Shown: positions 7,659 through 12,519, counted from the first letter of the stretch. The stretch: 24,000 bases of DNA from Candidatus Woesearchaeota archaeon (GCA_964354405.1 CAYGZP010000001.1:382570-406569); one strand, 5' to 3'. The notes: generated by a model from the letters alone, not told the origin. A program made the numbers and translations.

Positions 7659-8678
7659 ATGAAAACTTATAAAAACCTTTATGAAAAGCTGTATTCTTTA
7701 GAAAATTTGATTCTTGCCTGGAAAAGTGCAAGAAAAAGAAAAACAAGAAAAGATTATGTTATTGAATTTGAAAAAGATCTTTTTAAAAATCTAATGGCTT
7801 TGCATTACGAATTGAAAAGCCAGACTTATAGCCCAAAGCCCCTAAAATCTTTTATAATAAGAGACCCTAAAACCCGCAGAATTTCAAAATCTGCTTTTCG
7901 TGATAGAATTGTTCACCATGCCTTATGCAATATCATTGAGCCAATATTATCTAAATCTTTCATATATGACAGCTATGCAAATAGAAAAAGGAAAGGAACA
8001 CACAAAGCAATACAAAGATTTGACTTGTTTAAGAGAAAAGTCTCAAGAAATAACACAAAAGCGTGTTTTGTATTAAAAGCAGACATAAAACATTATTTTC
8101 AGGAAGTCAGCCATAAAATTTTATTAAACATAATAGGCAGAAAAATAAAAGATGGAAAAGTTTTGTGGCTTATTAAAAAGATTTTAAACAACCATGAGAC
8201 AAGCAAATCTGACAAGGGCATGCCTTTAGGCAATCTGACATCTCAGTTCTTCGCAAATGTTTATTTAAATGAGCTTGATAATTTTGCTAAAAGAAATTTG
8301 GGGGTAAAATATTATATAAGATACGTTGACGATATTGCTATATTTTCAAATTCTGAGAAAGAATTAAAATGTATTTTAATAAAAATAGAATCCTTTTTGA
8401 AATCTGAACTTGATTTAAAAGTTCATGAAGACAAGTCCAGAATAAAATTAATACATTCTGGAATAAAAATGTTGGGCTATAGAATTTTCTACTACTATAA
8501 ATTATTAAGAAAGAGTAATTTAAGGAAATTCAAGAAGAATTTTACAGAAAAATTAAGTTTGTTAGAAAGTGGAATAATCTGTAAAGAAGAGTTGCTTTTA
8601 AGTTTGAACGGATGGTTTGGATATGCAAAATGGGCAGATACTTATAAGTTAAGAAAAGAAATAATCAATCAAATCTAA
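7659..8678 (+). CDS. DGR-type reverse transcriptase
   Basis: 339 aa. N-terminal LENLILAWKSARKRKTRK, then FRDRIVHHAL and DSYANRKRKGTHKA. PLGNLTSQFFANVYLNELD (8229-8246 encodes GNLTSQ) is the DGR-typical xGxxxSQ motif rather than the group II QGxxxSP. Catalytic YVDD is at 8322-8333. There is no maturase or endonuclease tail. Confidence 0.9.
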   Translation: MKTYKNLYEKLYSLENLILAWKSARKRKTRKDYVIEFEKDLFKNLMALHYELKSQTYSPKPLKSFIIRDPKTRRISKSAFRDRIVHHALCNIIEPILSKSFIYDSYANRKRKGTHKAIQRFDLFKRKVSRNNTKACFVLKADIKHYFQEVSHKILLNIIGRKIKDGKVLWLIKKILNNHETSKSDKGMPLGNLTSQFFANVYLNELDNFAKRNLGVKYYIRYVDDIAIFSNSEKELKCILIKIESFLKSELDLKVHEDKSRIKLIHSGIKMLGYRIFYYYKLLRKSNLRKFKKNFTEKLSLLESGIICKEELLLSLNGWFGYAKWADTYKLRKEIINQI

Positions 8679-8687
8679 ATCTAATGC

Positions 8688-9365
8688 TCAGAACTCCCCA
8701 AGCTTTTTCTGCCCGGGTTTTCTGTTCGCTGTCTTCCATGTCGCCCATGATTTTCTTATCAATCCTATCTTTGCGAGTTCTTTAGCTTTGTCAGTTTTCA
8801 GGAACTTAACGCATAGAGGATCAGAAGGATAGCCGCTCCCGCAATCAACATCATATTTTTTTCTTATCTTATCCATTTCATCATCTCTCGTGACTTTTGC
8901 CAAGATGCTCGCGGCTGAACAGACAGGATGATTAACATCAGCTTTATGCTCGCATTTCAAAACAATTTTATCTACATTATTCACATGAGACAAGACATAA
9001 TTTCTCCATGCCATGATATTATTTGAAGGGCAGTCGATAATGACTTCAACTTTGCTTGGAATATTTTTTGTCAGGACATTGATTATCTCTGCTGATTTGA
9101 GAGCTTCAATCTTATTCAGATTGATTTTCTGTCCTAAGAGCGAGTCAATCTCGCTTGCTGTTGATTTCAGGGTGATATGCGCACCAACAATCTTTTTGAT
9201 TTCTCTCGCAAGAAACTCGCGGCGTTGTGGTGTGAGAAGTTTAGAATCTTTTACTTTGATGAGCTTTAACTTGGCTTCCTGTTTCTCGTCTACTAACACA
9301 CCTGCAAGAATCATCGGCCCGATAACAGGTCCGCGCCCAGCATCATCAATTCCAATTCGTAACAT
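8688..9365 (-). CDS. rnhB: Ribonuclease HII
   Basis: MLRIGIDDAGRGPVIGPMILAGV (DDAGRG active-site motif), then CEHKAD and DCGSGYPSD. The C-terminal QKKLGEF is PIP-box-like. Confidence 0.9.
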   Translation of the reverse strand: MLRIGIDDAGRGPVIGPMILAGVLVDEKQEAKLKLIKVKDSKLLTPQRREFLAREIKKIVGAHITLKSTASEIDSLLGQKINLNKIEALKSAEIINVLTKNIPSKVEVIIDCPSNNIMAWRNYVLSHVNNVDKIVLKCEHKADVNHPVCSAASILAKVTRDDEMDKIRKKYDVDCGSGYPSDPLCVKFLKTDKAKELAKIGLIRKSWATWKTANRKPGQKKLGEF

Positions 9366-9391
9366 GTTACTTGTCCCCTTATTTTGAAAAG

Positions 9392-9496
9392 TAGCGGGGG
9401 TGGGATTTGAACCACACGACCTCGAGGTTATGGGCCTCGCGAGCTAACCAGGCTGCTTTGGGCAACACTTTTTTGTTTTAGTGTTTCCACCCCGCT
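9392..9496 (-). tRNA. tRNA-Met(CAU), initiator-like (A1:U72), with a 29-nt D-arm intron
   Basis: The minus strand has acceptor AGCGGGG/CCCCGCU and discriminator A. The anticodon stem is CGAGG/CCUCG and the loop is CCCAUAA, with the anticodon at 9430-9432. The T-arm is GUG(U)GG-UUCAAAU-CCCAC, with one bulged U. Removing 9458-9486 restores the D-arm GAGC-AGCCUGGUUA-GCUC and gives a 76-nt tRNA. CCA is not encoded. Confidence 0.8.
9458..9486 (-). other. Predicted noncanonical tRNA intron (between positions 10 and 11), bulge-helix-bulge-like
   Basis: The intron is AAACACUAAAACAAAAAAGUGUUGCCCAA. The internal helix is AACAC/GUGUU. The 4-bp helix GGGU (exon)/GCCC (intron 3' end) is flanked by the 3-nt bulges GG|A and AA|A, which contain the inferred junctions. 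That 4-bp helix uses acceptor-stem nucleotides, so it would compete with acceptor pairing. Confidence 0.55.
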
Positions 9497-9497
9497 A
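9486..9497 (-). repeat. Direct repeat copy 2 (TAGCGGGGTGGA): HEG stop codon plus tRNA-Met nt 1-11
   Basis: Exact 12-bp match to 10043-10054. Confidence 0.9.
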
Positions 9498-10037
9498 GGA
9501 TAGCATCCCCGCTTTTATAGAAATATGTTTTATACTTTTAAACTTAACTGAAATAAAGAGATTATATGACGGTAATTTATCCTTAATTGATATGGATTTT
9601 CTCCTTATAGAAGAATTAATCCCCAAAGAATTTAATTCTTTATTCAAAAATTTTATCAATTTAAAATCTGTATTTACTACTTCTATAAAATTCTTCTTCC
9701 TATTTACATATCCTTCTGCATCTATAACTCCCGAAATAAATCCCAATATTTCCTCTTTTTTTAAATTGAGTTTATTTATATCTTTATCAAATAATCCAAA
9801 AAATTCTTTATTTACAACTCTCAATCTTAAACAATTGAATCTTTTATCTTTATAATAATGAATATTATATCCCGCCTTCTTTAATATAGAAACAAGAAAT
9901 TCAATTATCTTTTTGTCATTTACAGAATTTAAATAAAATTCCACATAGTACTTTCTATATTTTTTATCATGATATTTATAACCATCTCCTATAAATAACC
10001 CTTTCAAATATCCAAATTCCTCTTTTGTTATGTTCAT
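9495..10037 (-). CDS. LAGLIDADG homing endonuclease (double-motif, I-DmoI-like size)
   Basis: 180 aa. Motif 1 is LKGLFIGDGY and motif 2 is ILGFISGVIDAEGY. The gene is very AT-rich relative to its neighbours. Its TAG stop overlaps nt 1-2 of tRNA-Met. Confidence 0.85.
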   Translation of the reverse strand: MNITKEEFGYLKGLFIGDGYKYHDKKYRKYYVEFYLNSVNDKKIIEFLVSILKKAGYNIHYYKDKRFNCLRLRVVNKEFFGLFDKDINKLNLKKEEILGFISGVIDAEGYVNRKKNFIEVVNTDFKLIKFLNKELNSLGINSSIRRKSISIKDKLPSYNLFISVKFKSIKHISIKAGMLS

Positions 10038-10042
10038 TTTTC

Positions 10043-10054
10043 TCCACCCCGCTA
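10043..10054 (-). repeat. Direct repeat copy 1 (TAGCGGGGTGGA): duplicated tRNA-Met 5' end upstream of the HEG
   Basis: Exact 12-bp match to 9486-9497. It lies 5 nt upstream of the HEG ATG and about 28 nt downstream of a TATA box. Confidence 0.9.
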
Positions 10055-10077
10055 TCTGGGATATAGACGATAAAGAC

Positions 10078-10085
10078 TTTTAAAT
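10078..10085 (-). promoter_or_regulatory. TATA box driving repeat copy 1, the HEG and tRNA-Met (possibly rnhB as well)
   Basis: The minus strand reads ATTTAAAA, centred about 28 nt upstream of the A of AGCGGGG in copy 1. No comparable element lies upstream of copy 2. Confidence 0.5.
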
Positions 10086-10109
10086 CTAATGGAAAACCTC
10101 TATAAAAAA

Positions 10110-10183
10110 TGGGGCTGCCCGGATTCGAACCGGGGCCGCGAGTGCCCTAGACTCGTATACTAACCAAGCTATACTACAACCCC
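10110..10183 (-). tRNA. tRNA, apparent anticodon AGG (Pro)
   Basis: 74 nt. The acceptor is GGGGUUG/CAGCCCC with discriminator A. The D-arm is GUAU-AGCUUGGUUA-GUAU. The anticodon stem is CGAGU/ACUCG and the loop is CUAGGGC (U33, G37). The T-arm is CCCGG-UUCGAAU-CCGGG. The anticodon complement CCT is at 10146-10148. Confidence 0.75.
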
Positions 10184-10197
10184 TTGAGAATATTAGT

Positions 10198-10221
10198 AAA
10201 AAGTTATTTAAAATCCTTTTT
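10198..10221. promoter_or_regulatory. Quasi-palindromic bidirectional TATA/BRE-like element between divergent tRNAs
   Basis: AAAAAG-TTA-TTTAAAA-TC-CTTTTT; 18 of 24 positions are self-complementary. The TATA centre (about 10210) is 27 nt from tRNA nt 1 at 10183 (minus strand) and 26 nt from tRNA nt 1 at 10236 (plus strand). Confidence 0.5.
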
Positions 10222-10235
10222 CTTTGTCAGCTCAA

Positions 10236-10317
10236 GCCGCGATGGCCCAATGGTAAGGCGCAAGGTTGCTAACCTTGTTTCCGAAAGGATATCTGGGTTC
10301 AATTCCCAGTCGCGGCG
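10236..10317 (+). tRNA. tRNA-Ser(GCU), class II
   Basis: The acceptor is GCCGCGA/UCGCGGC with discriminator G. The anticodon stem is CAAGG/CCUUG and the loop is UUGCUAA, with the anticodon at 10268-10270. It has a 15-nt variable arm. The T-arm is CUGGG-UUCAAUU-CCCAG. A T6 run follows at 10318-10323. Confidence 0.9.
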
Positions 10318-10379
10318 TTTTTTCATTTTTTCTTGCACATTCTCGCAACCTTTTTAAATCTCCTTTTTCTTAGACTGTA

Positions 10380-11243
10380 ATGCCAAGAAAAAAGAAAACT
10401 GAAGGAACTGAAGAAGCGAAAATAGAAGAAAAAATCGAAGAAGTAGTAGAAGAAAGCGAGGAAGTAGTAGAGGAGAAACCAAAGAAAGAGAAGAAAGAAG
10501 AGAGCGAAGAGGTAAAGCAAAAGCAAGAGGTTCTTCTGGCTCCGCTTGAAGATTATATCAAGGCAGCTGTTCATCTCGGAACTCGCGCCATTACTCCAGA
10601 TATGAGACAGTATGTTTACAGGAGAAAAGCAGATGGTGTCGCTGTTCTAAACACAAAAAAGATTGATGAAAAGATTGCAGTCGCCGCGAACTTCTTAGCA
10701 AATTACGAGCCGAAAGATATACTTGTGTGCTGCAAGAGAGAGATGGGCTACAAATCTCTTGAGGCTTTTCACGAGGCTCTTGGAGTGAGAATATTCACAA
10801 GATATCCAGCAGGCATTATAACTAACTCGGATTTGGAGAATTTTTTCGAGCCAAAATGCCTTTTCATTGTTGATCCATGGCTTGACAAGAATGCGCTACA
10901 CGATGCCACAAGAATGGGCATTCCAGTTGTCGCGTTATGCGACACGAATAATATGACAACTAATATCGACTTAGTCGTTCCTTGCAATAACAAAGCAGCC
11001 AAGAGCGTTGGCCTGATATTATATTTGATTGCAAAATTATACTTGCAAAAGCGCGGAGACAAGAAAAAACTTAATCCCCGCGATTTCTATGAAGTTGAAG
11101 AAGCGCAAGAGCAAAAGTACAAAGAAAAACCAGAGAGAAAAAAATTGAGTGAAGAGATTCTAAAAAGGATAAGTATAATTGAAGATAAGATAGAAACAAA
11201 AAAAGAGAGGAAAAAGAAAGAAGACACGACGGCCTCAGCCTAA
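10380..11243 (+). CDS. rps2: 30S ribosomal protein uS2 with K/E-rich N- and C-terminal extensions
   Basis: The core LLAPLEDYIKAAVHLGTR...ADGVAVLNTKKIDEKI...FIVDPWLDKNALHDATRMGIPVVALCDTNN...VVPCNNKAAKSVGLILYLIA matches archaeal/eukaryotic S2. A TATA box (TTTTTAAAT) lies about 26 nt upstream. Confidence 0.9.
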   Translation: MPRKKKTEGTEEAKIEEKIEEVVEESEEVVEEKPKKEKKEESEEVKQKQEVLLAPLEDYIKAAVHLGTRAITPDMRQYVYRRKADGVAVLNTKKIDEKIAVAANFLANYEPKDILVCCKREMGYKSLEAFHEALGVRIFTRYPAGIITNSDLENFFEPKCLFIVDPWLDKNALHDATRMGIPVVALCDTNNMTTNIDLVVPCNNKAAKSVGLILYLIAKLYLQKRGDKKKLNPRDFYEVEEAQEQKYKEKPERKKLSEEILKRISIIEDKIETKKERKKKEDTTASA

Positions 11244-11253
11244 GCTGCGAGGA

Positions 11254-11262
11254 TTTTTAAAT
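11254..11262 (+). promoter_or_regulatory. TATA box positioned for the tRNA 5' fragment and tRNA-Thr transcript
   Basis: TTTTTAAAT, centred about 26 nt upstream of G1 of the fragment at 11285. Confidence 0.45.
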
Positions 11263-11284
11263 TTCTTTTGTTTATTAATAACAT

Positions 11285-11305
11285 GCCTCGGTAGCTCAAT
11301 GGCAG
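11285..11305 (+). other. tRNA 5' fragment (acceptor 5' strand, D-stem, D-loop); partner of 12420-12454
   Basis: GCCTCGG-TA-GCTC-AATGGCA-G. GCCTCGG is a perfect 7/7 complement of CCGAGGC at 12447-12453. tRNA-like sequence stops after G21 (GATATT follows), and tRNA-Thr starts at 11312. Confidence 0.65.
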
Positions 11306-11311
11306 GATATT

Positions 11312-11384
11312 GCCCCTATAGCTCAGGTGGAAGAGCACCATCCTCGTAAGATGGGGGTCCCGGGTTCGAAACCCGGTAGGGGCT
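11312..11384 (+). tRNA. tRNA-Thr(CGU)
   Basis: The acceptor is GCCCCTA/TAGGGGC with discriminator T. The D-arm is GCTC-AGGTGGAA-GAGC. The anticodon stem is CCATC/GATGG and the loop is CTCGTAA, with the anticodon at 11345-11347. The T-arm is CCGGG-TTCGAAA-CCCGG. Confidence 0.92.
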
Positions 11385-11385
11385 C

Positions 11386-11392
11386 TTTTTTT
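11386..11392 (+). terminator. Oligo-T archaeal terminator after tRNA-Thr
   Basis: A T7 run starts 2 nt after the tRNA 3' end. Confidence 0.5.
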
Positions 11393-11423
11393 ATGTGTAG
11401 ACCTAATAGCACAAAACACAATA

Positions 11424-11431
11424 TTTAAATA
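11424..11431 (+). promoter_or_regulatory. TATA box for the second LAGLIDADG gene (leaderless spacing)
   Basis: TTTAAATA, centred about 26 nt upstream of the ATG at 11453. Confidence 0.5.
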
Positions 11432-11452
11432 GAAACATTTCTTATATTAGGA

Positions 11453-12418
11453 ATGTATAGAATATTCTTTATAAATACCAAGGATTGTGCCGAATTTTTT
11501 GAAGAAGCAAGGAGAAATTTAGAAGTTAAAAGCTGGAAAAAACTAGGGGAAAGTATAGGAACTAATAAATCGATGATAGATAATTATAGAAAGGGAAGAT
11601 TATGTATTCCTGAAGATAAATTTAATACATTATTAAATCAATTAACTGAAAATAGAAAACAATATTTTTTGAGATTAATCGAAAAGAGAAATAGTAACTG
11701 GGGGCAAATAATAGGGGGTAAAAAAGCATATAATATAAATAAAAGGGCATTTGATATTGGAAGAAAAAATAGATTAAATCAGGTCAAATATAATTTTGAT
11801 ATCCATATTGATCTTTCAGAAGAATTGTGTGAATTTATTGGGGCATTTATTGGAGATGGTTTTACAAACAAATATAGATATTTATATCAAACACAAATAA
11901 CTGGAGATAATGTTTTAGATTCAGACTATTATTACAATAGACTAAAACCTCTTTGTGAAAAATTGTTTAAAATATCTCCTAAAATTACACAAAAGGAAGG
12001 ATGGATAAGATTAAATATATACTCAAAAAGGATGTTTGAATTGTTGACAAAAAGATTTAATTTTCCTGCTGGAAAGAAATCCTCTTCTGTTTGTATTCCT
12101 TCAGAGATCTATAATGGAAAAGAAAAATTACTTAATTCTACCTTAAAAGGAATGTTTGATACTGATGGGGGGATTGGTATTGATAAAAGAAAAGCCTATA
12201 CTGTACCTTACATAAGAATAAATTATACTTCTAGTTGTATAAAGTTGATAAAACAAGTGCACGCTATCTTATTAAAATATTCTATTAGTCATTCAATTCA
12301 TAGAAAAGAAAAAACATTTATGATCCAGATTAATGGTAAAAAGAATGTTAAGATGTTTTTATCAAAAATAGGATTTTCCAATAAAAGACATTTGGATAAA
12401 ATTAGAAGATTTTTATAA
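11453..12418 (+). CDS. LAGLIDADG homing endonuclease with about 130-aa N-terminal extension
   Basis: 321 aa. Motif 1 is LCEFIGAFIGDGF and motif 2 is LKGMFDTDGGIG. The sequence is unrelated to the 9495-10037 endonuclease outside these motifs. The gene is very AT-rich. Confidence 0.85.
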   Translation: MYRIFFINTKDCAEFFEEARRNLEVKSWKKLGESIGTNKSMIDNYRKGRLCIPEDKFNTLLNQLTENRKQYFLRLIEKRNSNWGQIIGGKKAYNINKRAFDIGRKNRLNQVKYNFDIHIDLSEELCEFIGAFIGDGFTNKYRYLYQTQITGDNVLDSDYYYNRLKPLCEKLFKISPKITQKEGWIRLNIYSKRMFELLTKRFNFPAGKKSSSVCIPSEIYNGKEKLLNSTLKGMFDTDGGIGIDKRKAYTVPYIRINYTSSCIKLIKQVHAILLKYSISHSIHRKEKTFMIQINGKKNVKMFLSKIGFSNKRHLDKIRRFL

Positions 12419-12419
12419 A

Positions 12420-12454
12420 AGCAAGGGTTGAGGGTTCAAATCCCTTCCGAGGCT
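12420..12454 (+). other. tRNA 3' fragment (AGCA, variable region, T-arm, acceptor 3' strand, discriminator U)
   Basis: AGCA-AGGGTT-GAGGG-TTCAAAT-CCCTT-CCGAGGC-T, followed by a T-run to 12460. AGCA would complete the D-stem of the 11285 fragment (GCTC...G+AGC). I found no anticodon arm. Confidence 0.65.
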
Positions 12455-12519
12455 TTTTTTAATTATTTTTACTTAGAAAAGATTTTTATATAATTAAAAC
12501 CTATCAAAGAAGGGCTAAG

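Larger units (their letters stand above)
6590..8678 (+). mobile_element. Diversity-generating retroelement (DGR) cassette: target gene with VR, TR, RT
   Basis: Same-strand order is target CDS, VR, hairpin, TR, RT. VR/TR mismatches are adenine-specific. The RT carries DGR-clade motifs. See the component features. Confidence 0.9.

Noticed and set aside
7659-8678. The RT could be a group II intron maturase or a retron RT
   Set aside because: It has no X/maturase or En domain, and I see no intron domain V/VI-like structure or msr/msd-style inverted repeats nearby. The motif is GNLTSQ (DGR type), not QGxxxSP. A TR/VR pair with adenine-only mismatches lies immediately upstream.
8688-9365. RNase HII as a functional accessory of the DGR (removal of the RNA template)
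   Set aside because: It is convergent to the RT and appears to be transcribed with the tRNA-Met unit. It is a universal housekeeping PCNA client, so the adjacency is most simply coincidental.
10323-10574. 83-aa minus-strand ORF overlapping the rps2 start
   Set aside because: It is a low-complexity F/L-rich translation of the antisense of the GAA/AAG-rich uS2 extension, and it overlaps a confidently assigned gene.
11308-11318. Alternative model in which ATTGC of the 5' fragment pairs with GCAA(G) at 12421-12425 as the anticodon stem of the split tRNA
   Set aside because: It requires a poor D-stem (GCTC/GGAT, only one Watson-Crick pair) and overlaps the first bases of the intact tRNA-Thr. It also leaves no acceptable anticodon loop: the result is C33 or A34 with nonsensical anticodons. 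I kept it only as a caveat.
12396-12416. AU-only hairpin (ATAAAA-ttagaagat-TTTTAT) at the end of the second HEG as the missing anticodon arm of the split tRNA
   Set aside because: It has a 9-nt loop and no U33/purine-37 geometry. It is not adjacent in register to AGCA or the variable region, and it lies inside coding sequence. It is most likely a chance hairpin in AT-rich DNA.
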